NCBI GenBank assembly: GCA_038496445.1
Contig: JALMLS010000562.1
Span: forward strand, 203,303-267,302
From: Trichosphaerium sp. ATCC 40318
Lineage: Eukaryota; Protista; Tubulinea
DNA length: 64,000 nt
Direction: 5' to 3'
Below are positions 41,187-55,339 of this stretch, in pieces. Below the pieces are notes generated by a model. It was not told the DNA's origin and searched no databases. It saw only the letters and a list, made by a program, of their open reading frames with translations. A program made the position numbers and the translations under genes. How positions within the stretch are numbered: position 1 is the stretch's first letter; every line of letters starts with the position of its first letter.

Positions 41187-41391
41187 ATTGCTCCTAACCT
41201 ACTGGAGACTTGCGTACAGCTAAAGGTTGCGTGGAGAATTTGCGAGAAAGTCCACCGAGGTAAAAAAATTTAACCATGCTTTTTCGAGCTTTCTCAAACA
41301 GTTTTCATTTAAAGCATACAAGAATCTGTAATTCCAAAAAACCAAAGTAGCACAAAGAAGACTCGTAGTATATAAATATGCAAACACTCTA

Positions 41392-42436
41392 TTATACAGT
41401 AGCGGCCAAGCTCTCATTGCTGCTTTGCGCTGTGGGTGAATCTACATTGGTTTTGTTGGATGACGCGAACAAGAGCATGGCGCATTCATGTGTGATGTGT
41501 GCTGTGAGTCCCCAAATGTCATGTTTGGATTTATACCGTGGTAAGTAAGTGTTTTTCGCACCACCAATTGCAAAATCATCAATTTCAATTTGGTTTGGGT
41601 CGAAGAGAGACGACAAGCTTAATGTTGATGTGAGAAACTAACCATTTAGTTGTATTATGCAAGTACCTTGTAATAAATACGTCATCAATTTCGTCGTTTG
41701 GTTTCCATGATTGCATCAATGCATCTGCATCTGGTACGAAGCCAATGACAGGTGTCACTAGAAATTACAATGAGAAACAGAAGAATACTTTAAATGCAGG
41801 CCTACCTACTACGCCATGTCGTGATAAAAATTCATGGCCTAATCCCAGAACGTTGACATGTTTTTTTGGCATCCCGAGCTCCTCCTCAGTTTCACGTAAT
41901 GCCGTGTCTGCAATGTCCGTATCCGAGTTTTCCGTCATACCTCCGGGAAATGAAACTTGGCCTTTTATTTACATCACGTCAGTACATATTGAGAGTGACG
42001 AAGAGACTTTGGTTACCTTTGTGAGTGCTAACTTTTTGCGAGCGCAGAGTAAAAATCAAGCTGGTTACGCCATTGTGGTTGCAAAATGGTACAAGTACAC
42101 CCTAAGAATAAAGTCACAAACTCAGTTGAAAAGAATGAACCTTACGCCCTGGCGATGTTCTGGCTTCTTCCTTATCTTTCGGCGTGATAATTTATTGAGC
42201 CTACAGCACAAAGTAAGTCAGTGACCGTAGTTTGATCTATAAAGCGTCTACCTGTGCGAAATGTCGTTCAAATGTGGCACTTCAAGCTTCGGCGGTGCCT
42301 TTAAGCTTTTTTCGTAATAATGCGGTGTTAATCCATTGTAAGTTATGTTTCTAGTTCCTTGGCTGGTTTTTGTATTATTTTGAAGCGCTTTCGACAATTT
42401 GTACTGAGTGCTGCCGATAGTTCGTAACAGCATCAC
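41392..42436 (-). CDS. Nudix CoA pyrophosphatase (NUDT7/NUDT8 type), probably mitochondrial
   Basis: AVLVP, FTLRSQKVSTHKGQVSFPGG, TALRETEEELG (Nudix box), IWGLTA; presequence-like start. Confidence 0.9.
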
Positions 42437-42584
42437 TTAAACGTAGAGAGCATGAAAGGGGGGCGTATAGAACAATCAGCAATGCTGTAGCAGTAGTCAA
42501 TGTGCTTCTTTTTTTCTGTTTTTTTTTTTGTAGATTATTTACCAACTATTCATACGACAGAAGCATCAACTACGCGCCTGTATA

Positions 42585-44061
42585 ATGGAACCTGCCTCTG
42601 ATTCATCTACGAAGACGTCAACAACAGAATCAACTTATAGTAGGGTATTACGCATTAAATACATTATTAAGACCAATCCGTAGATCCATGGCCAAAATTT
42701 GGAACAAAACAGAACAAACCCGTGGTAGTTATTCTAATTGGTATGGCGGGCAGTGGTACGTACTAGTGCATCAAAACTAGCAACAACAATGCGTTAATAA
42801 CGCTTTGTAATTTGCACGTTGAATTTGTGCTTACTCATTGGTTATTAGGTAAAACCACATTTGTTCACGTAATTGCAACTATAACGACTCGAACATAAAC
42901 CAACTTCTTTTTTTTGTAGAGACTAAACGCACACGTACATTTAAACAAAATACCAAGTTACTTCATAAACTTGGACCCGGCATGTGCCAAAGTACCATTT
43001 ATGGCAAACATTGACATACGTGACACTCTTGATTACAAAAATGGTAAGTATTGCAACATGTAGAGAACCTGTGCTAACCTGGAACGTAGTGATGAAAAAA
43101 TACAACTTGGGTCCAAATGGAGGAATCCTTACGTGTCTCAACTTGTTTGCTACACGTATTGATAAAGTAGTTGAATACGTAGAAAAGAAAGCACCACACA
43201 TACAGTATGTTGATCATATTGGCGAGTATTAATAGCATATAGATATGTCTTTATTGATACACCAGGACAAATAGAAGTATTTAATTGGTCAGTAATGTTA
43301 CTTGCTATCATGTCACTAAGTTAACACTTAGGTCTGCTTCTGGTACAATCATCACGGAGGCATTCTCATTTAAATATCCAACCGTATTTGCATACGTTAT
43401 TGACACACCACGTTCTACAAAGCCTACAACGTTCATGTCAAATATGCTATACGCATGCTCTATGCTTTACAAAACTAAGTTGCCCTTCACTTGTGTTTTT
43501 AATAAGGTGCACTTTTATTTGCTTGCTTTGTTTGAAATTCTTAATTTTTTCCTTAGATAGATGTTGTAAGCCATCAATTTGCTCTTGAATGGATGTCGGA
43601 TTACAGAAAATTTGAAGATGCTATTTTAGCTGAAAACTCGTACATGAGCGATTTTACTTCGTCACTATCACTCATGCTTGAGGAGTTTTACTCGACAATG
43701 GGCGCTGTTGGTGTATCAGCTATGTCTGGTGTAGGAGTTGACAAATTTTTAAAACAGCTACAAGTTTGCGCTCACGAATATGAGACGTACGTTGGTTTAA
43801 TGTGCCTAAGAGCTAATTGATTTAGTGTATTTAAACCAGAGCTTGAAAAACGCAAAGCCGAGAGGAGTGAGGAAGAAGAGAAAAAGAGACAAGCACAGCT
43901 TGAGAAGCTCCGAAAAGACTTACAAAAAACAAAGGGTCAAACAGTTATTGCCGGTGAAGGTAAAGCAAACAGTAAAACACTATCAGAATCACTTGAAGGT
44001 ACTACAGATATTAACGTTGTTGTCTAAGAAATTTATAGCTATGGACATTGATAAGAAATAG
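42585..44061 (+). CDS. GPN1: GPN-loop GTPase 1 (Npa3/XAB1)
   Basis: [61 protein letters not shown]. Confidence 0.96.
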
Positions 44062-44129
44062 ACAGGCATTTCAAAACTTTTTCTAAATAAAATTGATCGT
44101 ATTATCAAAAATATGTATTTGTTTATCGT

Positions 44130-46539
44130 TTATTGTTTACTCATTAAGGAAGCGTATTTTTGCTGATCTTCGTACATTGCATGAAACACTTGGTGTTTGC
44201 GTTCGTGGAAGTTTACAATTTCTGCATTAGAGTTTGGTGCTATAGTACCTCCAACGTTGTTCATCTGCATCATAGCACTTACAATGTCGCCCATGTCGCC
44301 TGACGCTACAGCGCCCAGAATAGCACTGCCTAGGAGCACTGCATCCTAAAAACATTTAGAGTAGCTAATGAGTGTTACTTGTACATCTTCTTTAGAGGTG
44401 ATTATCGGACAGCCAGTTATATCTGCGCACTGTTGCATGAATAAAGGATTCTTTGATAATCCTCCCGTAATGAACACGTTGGAAATCTGTTTACAGCCCT
44501 AAAACAAGTTAGCAACAAGAAATCCAAAGTTGCTCACCTGATCTTCACGTGTTTTATTGATAGTATCGATAATATCACGTGTGCCATGCGCAACAGCCTG
44601 AATTGTAGCCAAGTATTGCAACGAGAGATCATAGAATTGATCTTGTGAGGCTAGTGCTAACCCGCTTATGCAACCCTGAGCAATAGTCATTTAAAGGAAT
44701 AGCTAAATGTTTTGTCGTACTTTCGCAAGAGGGTCTGGGCGTGGTGATCGCCTTCCGTGAAAGTAAGGAAGCACATGTAGATCTTTTACAAGGTAACAAA
44801 TGTCATCTTTGCCAACACGTGTTCGGATGGCTTCCAAATTAGAGTTGAGGACCTGAAGCGGCCATTAGACATAAGCAAACAAGTGAACGACTTACAGTGT
44901 AAATAGATTCTCCCTTCTGTTCTGCAACTTTGCAGAGTTCAGGATAATCACTGTGAGTTTTGATGTTGTTGTCTACTAGCGAACCAAACGCAGATTGTCC
45001 ACCCTATAAAAGTGTGAGAATGGTACTTACTTGTTGGTTTACCTCAATTAACCACATGCCAGGTACCATTGCAGATTTGTAAGGGCCCCATACGCCATCC
45101 ACAAACTGACACTACAGTACAGTAAATACTTGATGCTGTTTATGTCACTAATACCTTTTGTGTAACTGCCATATGACATGCTGAAGTTCCTATTGAAGTA
45201 TTCAATCATCGTCACTGATCAAGTGGCGTACCTGCAATAAGCGCTATACGCTCCTCTAGCGACGTAGTGGTAACTTTTTCTCCAGCAATAGATGCGCCAA
45301 TAGTACCTGATTGAGAATATAAATTCTTATACACTTGATAGTTAACATTGCGTGCCTAACCCTCCAGCATGTGCATCGATAATGCCAACGCCTACAACAG
45401 TTTCGGTTGTTAAACCCAGTTCTTTTGCAGCTTTGCTCGTCAGTGCTCCTATGATACATTAGCGAAAGAGCTGTGAACAACTGCGCACCTAGAGGCTGAC
45501 CCATTGGTCCAATATCTGTTCCTATTTTTTTGTATCCGTCCTTGACGAGATCGTCAAGCCCTATCTCGTTAAAAAAAGAATCCTGCCATCCATAGGTAGA
45601 ATCTACAAAGTACAATGAAATTAAATCTAAGTGGTTTCTGTACCTTTAGGCTTTTCTGGTCTTTTATGCTCTAAGTACGTCCACTTACATACGACCGTAC
45701 AAAGGGAGCGCCTATCCACACCTACTCATGTCATTTACGATATTTTAAGCGTTAGAGGGTACCTGTAGCGCGGTACGTTAAGTAGTCAGCCAAATCAAAA
45801 ATCTTACATGCCTTTTCCCAGATCTCAGGATTATTTTTTTTTATCCACAGCATTTTGGGCGTTTCCATTTCAGGGATACTTTACCGCCAACGTGCTTTAA
45901 TACTAGCGCATGTTAAGGTAAGGAGTGATGGAGTTGAACAACCTTCGTGGTGAGTCCCGTTTATTAGTGCTGTCTATCGTTTGGTAAACAACTTCTTTTC
46001 ATTTGCAGATAGGTTGTATTGTACCTCGGCCATAGAACGATGATCCATCCACAATATTATATCATAAACAAGCTCACTGTCCTTGTCTGGGCAAACTGAA
46101 AGTGGTTCGTCGTTGGCACCGAGTACCACTCTGTGAATTGTGAGCTGAAAACGTAGAAAGCACGTGATAAAATAATACTAACAGTGAGCAAGTTGCGTCG
46201 AATCCCACACCTCTAATATCACTTGCACTTACTTTGGATAGCTCTAAGGCTTTCTTAACGGACACGCATATAGCCTACAATGAAAACATTACAAAATGCT
46301 GGGTTTGACGCCACACCTTCCAAATGTCTTCAGAGCTTTGATTGTACCAGTCATTGTTCGTGTTTTTTGTCGAAATGTCATTTTTTGCGCTACCGAGCAG
46401 TTTACCACTGCTATTAAATATCCCTAGCGCGCGTATTGTTAATTTTTTGTAAATTGAGGCTTCGTTTCCGTTTTACAGTGTCCTTACCTGCTCTAGCGCT
46501 TCCTGTACCTACATCTATACCCAGATAGTACTTTGACAT
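44130..46539 (-). CDS. FGGY: FGGY carbohydrate kinase (D-ribulokinase type)
   Basis: [62 protein letters not shown]; apparent 1-nt deletion near 45874. Confidence 0.95.
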
Positions 46540-46627
46540 GGTGACAATCAAATTGGAAGATTCTGTAGGCTTAAGTATGTGTTCAACAATTCAAATAAGT
46601 TCACAGCTATTGTTACAATTTTTCTAT

Positions 46628-48959
46628 TCACATTTTTGTAGTAGTAAGCGCATCGTCAGATTCACTGGACACGCGTTTGAGTACTCCTGCCAGCTGCGCA
46701 GGGTTTGGCACCATTAATGGCATTGTGGGATGGTGATTTATAACATCATTAGGGTGACACATTGTTGACGCTTCAATACTTTCAAAAATGCTTGGTAATT
46801 TGAGTGAGGGAACATGATATTTTATAGCTGCCACTAAAGAATCTAGTTTACCATCCCACCAATATGGTATCGGTACCAGAGTAATACCTACACAAGGGGA
46901 GAATCAACAAGTGATTGTTCATAAAAGGTACATACCCTGTTCTTTGCACTTCAAACTCTTTTCAGCATCTCTGCTTTCGCGCAGACCTACAGGGCCAAAT
47001 GCTCTTGGATTGTCAAAATAGTGTTGCTCACCTTGGTACTCAAATGCTAAATCCAGCTTTGGAATAAAAACGTCAAGTGTCAAATGACCATAGTTGGATG
47101 TTTTGTCTACTGGATACTCTTCAATTGCTTCACATGATTTGAAAATGTCAATGCAATACTGTAGTAGCTCGCGTTGATTTGCTCTCCTATCAGAACTATT
47201 GAAATGTTTCCAATCCCAACCGAAATTTGGATGAATTGTGTCAAGGACGGCTGGCCAGTGCTGCAGCAATCCTCCAAATCCTGAACCAAGTAACTGGTCA
47301 TGAGATATTCTATACCTATCACAGCATTAGATTTAGGTGATAAAGCTTCTGTACCAGTTTTGTGCTGTAGTAACTGACATCTTGCTAGCTAGGCTATTGA
47401 AATTCTGAGAAGTTTGTTTTTTCTTCCAATCGGTTCTATTACTCATTAGTTGCTTTAAATAACCAGTCAACGCACCTATTATTGAGCCAGTTAAATGTTG
47501 GGTATATACTCTTGACAGCCGTGTATATTGAATTATTGTAATACCTACGGTGCAATGAGTAAAGGAACAGAGATTAAACTTACTTTTTCAGAATGTGACT
47601 GCCTCCATTTTCATTAACTTTCCTCGCAGTTGTTGAAAGCCAATCAGGTAATATTTTAATACCCATCTTCTGGGCTACAGTATCAAACCTTAATCGTTGA
47701 TTGTCAATGTCAGCCCAATATCCTTTTGAGTGCTTGCTAAGAACCAAGTTATTTCTACATTATATGTACAATACTCACGTATCACTCCAGTTGTAGTTCG
47801 GGTAGATGACAGGGAGTAATGCTAGTATAGTACGTTTCTTTCTGAAAATATGTTACTGGGGGCTTACGGGTAGGATTACATACTTTACAATAATGTCAGC
47901 ACCAGGTGACATGTGAATTTTCTTTAGTTTACTAGCCTTCCAATCCTCAATGCACATGATTCTCAGTTCTTGAGCTATTTTATCAAGAATTTTGGTTTGT
48001 GCGGCAATGTACCGATTCTTGGTTGTATCTTCTGACTTTGATAAATCGGTGGCTTGTTGTTGTGGAGGTAAAACTGACGGAAAATCAATTTTGTCCCTTT
48101 ACAACATTAATAACACTGAGGGGTACAATGATTTGTACTCGATAATTTCGTTTGTAATTTTCCTTCTTTCTCGCTTAGTGTTGTGTCTTGATTTGCTCCG
48201 CTTTATACCCTTGCGAGTTTTCTCTACCGACCTTAATCGGTAAGGCGAAGCCCTTCAATTTAATGCGTCGTCGTACTTGTATTGATTTGGGTAAACAGTT
48301 CCTAGTGCTTTGGACATTGAGTTTCGATACCTAGACAGTATTTTACAAATACGTTGTTGAGGATAATACACATACTGCTCTCTCAGAAATGCACCTGCTC
48401 CATTGTCATACAAATCTTGTACAGAGACATAAATCCAATCAGACATTGTGTTTACAGTTAACTTTTCTGCAACTGAATCAAGTTTGGCGCGTTGGTTTGA
48501 CAGATCATCCCAACACCCCTTTGGCACATACCTGCACGCTATTACAAAATGTAAAAAAAAAAGACTGACTCACGAGAACTTCCACAGCTTCCAGTCGTGA
48601 CTGGGATAGATCGTAGTGAGCGCAAGCGCTAGGTTGCCATTGTAGCTACAGCACTATAAAAACGATGTTTTACAACACTTTGTGTTCAGTACCGATCTAT
48701 AATACCCCGTCCGCATTGCTTTGTAACGTCAGAACCTTTTACAGCATACCAATCGTCTAAATGTTGGACTCTATTGTTTGGGGCAATTATATTATCGAAT
48801 ATTTGCTTGTGAGTAACCAACGACGCGCACTATGCTGTTTTTGAGCGTATTAATGGAAATTAAGCGTACCCGCTGCGCATGCATGCTCAAAGCAAATAAT
48901 CGTGACAACTAAGGCACATTCTTGGAGTGAGGTAGTACATTGGCCTGTTTTAAATGCAT
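46628..48959 (-). CDS. Repeat protein (five ~65-aa DW...GG...YP repeats) with a C-terminal PD-(D/E)XK-like (RAP/Vsr/DUF559-type) nuclease domain
   Basis: Repeats such as GCWDDLSNQRAKLDSVAEKL...DWIYV...GAGAFL...VYP; C-terminal LTLDVFIPKLDLAFEYQGEQHY...RDAEK...GITLVPIPYWW; start codon uncertain. Confidence 0.8.
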
Positions 48960-49232
48960 AGACCACTTGTGGGATTTTTTTTTTCATAGCGCACGTGTTT
49001 TTCTTCGCTTGTCTACGTCTAACTCAATTGTTTGCCTATAGTTGACATCAATATAAGTAGTAACCAATCACTAATTGCTGCAATAGTCAAAGCCTTTCTG
49101 AATGATTTGTAGTTATACTTGGAACAGCGACGGCCACAGCGCTAGGAGTGCTCGTTATTTCTGAGGCACTACAAACCTAGAGTGGGTGAAGTAGCCGTTT
49201 AGCGCCAATAAGTAGCAATCATCCGTTGAGGT

Positions 49233-51730
49233 ATGTGGTCTTTGTCCACAGTACACGGTGGTACGTAAATCAGTTTTTTTACATCATGTCATTCTAAATT
49301 ATTTTAAAATGTACAGAGACGCATTTTTTCTACCTCATAAAGCGTCGTGAGTACACTGTAGGTCGTAAAGGTTCGTCTAGCACATAAATTGTACAGCTAT
49401 CACTCAAAGAGCACAGGATGCGACATACAAATAACCGCTGACAATTCTGTGTCGCGTAAACATGCAACGCTATCCTTAAAGTCAAATGGAGAGCTAACCA
49501 TTCAAGACAATTCGCGTTTTGGCAGCTTTATCAACGACGAAAAGTGCAAAAAAGGCGCCAAGGTAATTTGTGACACTCACAAATCGGTTTATTTGTTCTA
49601 ACAAAATGTGGGTCATTTCTGTTAACCATCAAATCTTAGGTTGTGCTTTCAGATTCTGATGTCATCTTGTTTGGAGCTGGTACTTGCCGTATGAAAGTAA
49701 CATACACGCCGCTTGTTTTTTGCTTCTCTAGCATTACTCAATCAGAAAAGAGAAAAATAGCTAAATCCATAAAAGCTATTGGTGGCACGTACGTTCACTG
49801 TAGCAAACCTAATTTCATTTTGAATTTACCAATTGCCTGTATAGGATGGCTGCAGAAATTCCCAAAGGCACTACACATTTGGTGATGAAATCCGTGCTCA
49901 CAACTGAAAAGGTTTGCGTATAAAATAGTTAAGCCATTGTTATTAACTTGGCATAGCTCTTGTTGGCACTTATAAATTGCGTACCAGTTGTTACGCCCGA
50001 GTGGATCACTGCAATTCAAAGTAGAAAGAAAATAACTTCACCTATGCCACTTGTAGATGACTACTTTCCTACGTTTGAGCCTGAGGATGAGGAAGTTACT
50101 AGGGATCAATTTAAGCCTAACCCGGAACGAAAATCACTTTTCGCTGGGTTGAGATTTGTATTGTTTGATCAAGCTACTCAGGTGCGTAGTTGTGACCTTC
50201 TTTTCAATTGCTAAGTCCTATAAGAAAAAAACAGCAAAGATAATAGCAGCTGCTGGCGGGACCTCCGAATTCAGCTCAACCGTACAAACAACAGCGTACT
50301 TTAAGAAACGTACTGACACCATATTTGTTGATCCTGAAATAAACGTAGGCGGCCTATTCATTTTCAAGGTGAAGTATTAATGACATTATTGTAGGAACGG
50401 CGAGCAGTGGCGCGAGTTAAACAAGCCAAAAAGATGAAATGTAAAATGTGCCACAACCGAGAGATTGCACTGGCTATTCTCAAATGTTCAGTGACAGATA
50501 TTACTACTGAAAGTGATAGCGATGCTGAAGAGGAACCAAAACCTGTGGAAGCACCACCCGTAATGTCATGATTATATTAATTATTTTGTTAACAAAGCAC
50601 TAGGCGATTGCTAAGAAACCAACAAAAAAACAAAAACAAACAAAAAGCAAAACGAAGAAGCCTCAACCAAAAATAGAACATCCAGTTGAACCCCCACCTG
50701 CTATTGAACCTGACAACATGTCCATCGAAGAATCTGATGAATTAAAAAGTTCTCCGATGACCAAGAAGCCAAAAGCTAACACAACGATCACAACAGAGCA
50801 ACAAGAAACAGCTAAAAAAGCAAGCACAAAAAAACTGAAGCCCAAAAAGCAAGAAAAAAATAAGACAACAAAGCCGCAAGAAGAAGTGGCTACAAAACCA
50901 ACTGCCACAAAGAAGCGTAAGGCGAGTGGTGGCGATATTGAGGAACCACCTAAAAAGAAACAGAAAGTGGCTGCTCCAAAGAAGGCAACAACCAAAGCAG
51001 AAGAGGAGAAACCACAAAAACCATCGCTTCCAGCGCCTAAACCAAAGCCCAAGACAATCAAACCCAGCGAAGCTGATACGCCCAAACAAAAGCAAGTCAG
51101 CAAGAAACGTAAAAGTATCGCTGAAACCGATGTCAAGTTTATCAAAAGAAGAAGACGTGAATCCACTAGCGAGATAGCCAACTTACCCCAGACACCCGAA
51201 AAAGGTTCAGCTGATGAAGTTTTTAAGCCCGCAGAGAGCCTCCCTGCAAGCCCAGCGGCTGTGGGGTACTACACGCCAGCTAAAAAATCAGTTAAAGAAT
51301 TTGCTGCCAGGGTTAAGGCATTGAACGCTGCAAAGCTAAAACTAACTGAGGTGGATAACAGCGAAAGAGCTCCGCAGGAGTTTGTTTCTATGTTGAAACC
51401 TAGAAAGAAAATAACACCAAGAAAACCCTTCAAAAAGAGAAAACTTTCGGTATGCCCCAGTCTTTTTTTAACTTGAGTAAAACTAACCTAATTGTGCAGT
51501 ATACACCTTCACCTGCCAGAAGAAAATCACAGTTGTTTACGAAACATACTGAAACCACTCCTGCATTTACTACGTTCAGGGAGGAGAAGCGACGTGAGTC
51601 TATCAGTGAGCGTGCTGAAGATGAGGAAGCTGATGAACTGTTTGCAATTACGCAGAAACCTTTGCCTCCAACACCAAGAAGAAAACCTGTAAAAAAAAAA
51701 CCTTCTAAGAAAAGACTTGTAGTCCGCTAA
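49233..51730 (+). CDS. NBN: Nibrin/Nbs1 (FHA-BRCT-BRCT)
   Basis: FHA YTVGRKGCDI...SVSRKHA...SRFGSFIN; BRCT THLVM...TEKLLLALINCVPVVTPEW; PERKSLFAG; C-terminal KPFKK and EEADELF motifs. Confidence 0.85.
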
Positions 51731-51796
51731 AGAATTGTACATAAATTTTATGTTGTACACATAGTTTTTAATCATTGAATGATACCACAACTTTGT

Positions 51797-54700
51797 TTAG
51801 TCAGTCATAATCTTCATTTTGTGAGGTAAATTTGGTTTTTCTATAACTCTGCGTGGCCTAGTTTCGTGCGTTTCGACTACTGTACTTGAGTCATCATCAC
51901 TTGCACTATCTTCTGCATCACGATAAGGATCAGCGTCATTGTTTTCGCTGACATCATCACTGGAATCACTTTGGTCTTGCTCACTAGCTTGCTCTATGTT
52001 TGAAAGAGACGGGTCACGTTCTTGTGAATTACTATCACCACCAATGTTGCCGATGGAATTGGTTAACGACAGTCCCTACAAAAGGTCACTTTCACGCAGT
52101 TAGGTGTCACAATGGCTGCACCTGTTCATGCGTTAGTTGTTCATTTAAGGCATCCAGGTCTGCATTTTGGTCCCCAGTGTTTGAATTGTCGTCGAGTATA
52201 TGATGTCCTCCCTCAATAGTTTCATCTGCTATAATAGAACACTAAGTACAAATAAACAGAACGTCATTTAACATACAGTTGTTTTGTTCAGTTTGTTCTT
52301 CATTGTGTAAATCTTGTTCTCTTGCTTGTTCCCTTTCGCGTTCTCTTCTGTCTTGCTCAAGTTGTTCTAATTGCGCTAACCTCTCTTGATTTTCTTTTGC
52401 CTCTCGTTCTTCAGCCTCTTTAGCTTCTTTCTTCTACACACAAATAAGAGGTTAGAAAGATTTGTTAAAGTCGCTGTTACCTTCTGCTCTCTTTGTGCAA
52501 TAATACTCGGTATTTTCATTTTAATCCGCTTTAAGTTGTTTAATATCACATCAGCAGCACGTGTTGTGCTAAAATCATCTATTACACTCTGTCTAGCTCG
52601 CTTTCCAGTTTCTGCAGATGATCTCCTAGATCTCAATTTGTGAGACACCTGTCACTATTTTTGTACAAACCTGCTGGAATAAATACGGCGCAGAACACTA
52701 GCTAGTGACACGCGATCAGGTTGCGCCCATTTATGGCCTATTATCAATGAATATAAGTGCTTCCAAAACCACCTCACCCTCAAGTGGTGCGTCAATAAGC
52801 TCCTCGACTTCTACCAAGTAAGAATTCTCGTTAGACATAAACTCAGTATTTCCACTCCAATTAGTGCCAACAGTAGGCAGGCCCATAGACATCGCCTCCA
52901 TTAGTGGCAATCCCCATCCCTCTCCGTGAGAGGCAAGTACAAATGCATCAGCTGCCTGTTATATAATCTTAGAGGTGAACTAGTTGTACAACTGAAATAA
53001 CAATACCTTGTACAACACTGGTAGTTTGTAGTACGGAAACATTTCGTCAATTACCACCACCTGTGGAAGGTCTTTGCGCTGTATTTCTTTCTCTTGCACG
53101 TATTCATCAACCAGTGATTCATATTGTTCCCTACAATACTTTGATTAGCATCACACTGCTTTTTTTTTGTTGTACGTACTTATTTTCTGCATTCATGGAT
53201 GCACGGATATATAATGATACTCGCTTGTTGTCCTGTCTATGCCTTTTAGAGTTTGGCTTTGGAGAAAATGCGTCAAAGTAGGCCTGAAGGAGTAGCTCAT
53301 AATTTTTTCGCTCCTCCCATTTGCCAATAGTTAGGAAGTTAAACTCGCGACGTTGTGGAAGTTCAAGTGGCTCGTGAATTGATGGATCAAAATGATGAAC
53401 ATCAATACTTTCAGGAACAACAAATAGTTTCTCTTTGTGTACACCAGCCTTTGAAAACGTATCGACATTAAATGATGTTGGAACCCATATTTCGTCCACC
53501 TAGCATTATAAGCATGGAACAGTATATTAAAGAGTGAGCAGTGAGTAAGTACCAACTCATTACAAGGTTCTACCCAATAATCTTCAATGGTATCTGTCTC
53601 AAACATACTACGTCCTACTTTGTAAATAGGCTCCTTCGTTTGATCATCGAGGAATCGTGTGTATCTTAAGAACAAAAGCAAACAGTGAGTAATTGCATGA
53701 ACGAACACAAAAGCAATACCTTCCTGGATCTCGATGAACTACAACAACAAAAAGCTCATCTTTCTCAATGCGTCTTTCCTGGTTAATAAGTAAGCTTGGA
53801 CCAAATCCATTGCTCCCATGTTAGCGTACCATCAATCGCTGTAAAATTTTGCGAGTTGCACGTGGTAAACCGTCCTTACCGAGTTCTTCTTTGCAATCAG
53901 ATACACTATTCACTTGAACCTTAACACGCATCCTGTTTGCAATGCCAAGTAAAAAATTTACAGCTTCTGTTGTAAACCCAAGAACCTACAGAGAGTTTGT
54001 AAGTTACTCTCATTATTACAAGCCTTCAACCTGTCCAACACCACATTCCATGTTCCACACAAGTGTCAAATTCTTTACTTCATACTTTGACTTAATTTGT
54101 GCCATAATGTCACTACCATACTTGGTGTTGAACGCCAGTACGTCTGTCTAAAATCTGTGTGAAACCCATAGATTTGGTGAAATCTATTAACTCAAAGTAC
54201 CTTCGCCTCTCGTTCGTTATCATCAGCAAGTATCGAGTTCAGGTCGTAGTAATCGTTTGTTGCATGAACAGTTACTAACGATTTTGGATTTAGCATGATG
54301 TCTTTAGATAACTAACAACAGTTATTTCAACTTTACAATACAACACGCACCATTGTCACTTCTCTAGATAGTGCAATATCTTCATAGTGTTTATCAAACA
54401 CTTCATCGAATTTACCAACGCTATTAAACAAACGCTTTTCTATCATTAAACAAACTACGGGCAGTTAAAAAACAAATCATTTCTTGTGAATCACCTTTGC
54501 TGGCTGCGCCAACACGTTCTTGTTTGATCCTCTTATCTTTTTGCACGTGACCAGCATAACGTCTAGTCAAGACAACTACCTCAGGGTCCTTATCTTCGTT
54601 CCTTAGTGTTATGTTAGTACGTTTGGCACATAGAATTCGGATGTGGTACGTTCGTTGCCAAGAATATTCTGGTATGTCAGGGTTCCTAGCAATAGCGAAT

Positions 54701-55339
54701 TCAATCCCTGCAGCATAAATAGTACCGTCTGGATTCAGTGCTTTGCAAGTAGCTGTGTTCAAAAAAAACGTGATTTAGTATATAAGTCCACAGCGTTACA
54801 ACGCTTACCAATTCCAACGTCAGTACCACTAATGGTAGATAGTAACTGCGGTATAGCCTTTGCATGTACGGATGCTCTTGGAGATAGAAACAGAAGTACC
54901 GGGCCCCTTTTTTTTTTTTTTGAAGTATGAGACAATGTAAAAAGAATATCTAGGTTTCCCCAAAAAAAAAAAAAAATACAAATAAAGTGACGTACTTGGA
55001 GGCAACTGACGCACGATTGAGTGCTTTGACACGCGTGTCATCTTTTTGAAATGACAGGCGTCGAAAAGAGTTGTAGAGCACCTGAGAATGCATTATTGCG
55101 CTTATTTCGTCTCTTTTACGCCAGGAAAGGTTGTCAACGTCGACTAAAAGCACTTCCACATCTGCTTCCTTTCTTTCTATTGAAGCTCCAACAGACTGAA
55201 GAGTTTGCTGTAATACAACAGCGGGAACATCCATTGACAACGGAATGATAATTGAAACATCGATGGCTTCTTCCACAGCACAAAGAACTACACCAAGAAG
55301 CAATGTATACAAAAATAGCGATACAACACCGAATCGCAT
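51797..55339 (-). CDS. Secretory-pathway GT2 + GT4 fusion glycosyltransferase with an acidic tail
   Basis: Signal peptide then VSIIIP (GT-A start); GT4 motifs GRSMFETD, DEIWVPTSFN, KWEERKNY, SHGEGWGLPLMEAMSMGLP; ORF 52376-52648 splices in as the C-terminal helix. Confidence 0.85.

Noticed and set aside
45870-45880. Frameshift in FGGY at VSPEMETPK
   Set aside because: Adding one C to a homopolymer restores the conserved motif; most likely a long-read consensus error rather than a pseudogene or editing
50663-51181. Hydrophobic 172-aa minus-strand ORF
   Set aside because: Antisense of the Lys/Pro-rich nibrin linker
52376-52648. Separate gene downstream of the glycosyltransferase
   Set aside because: Splices in frame as the usual GT4 C-terminal helix
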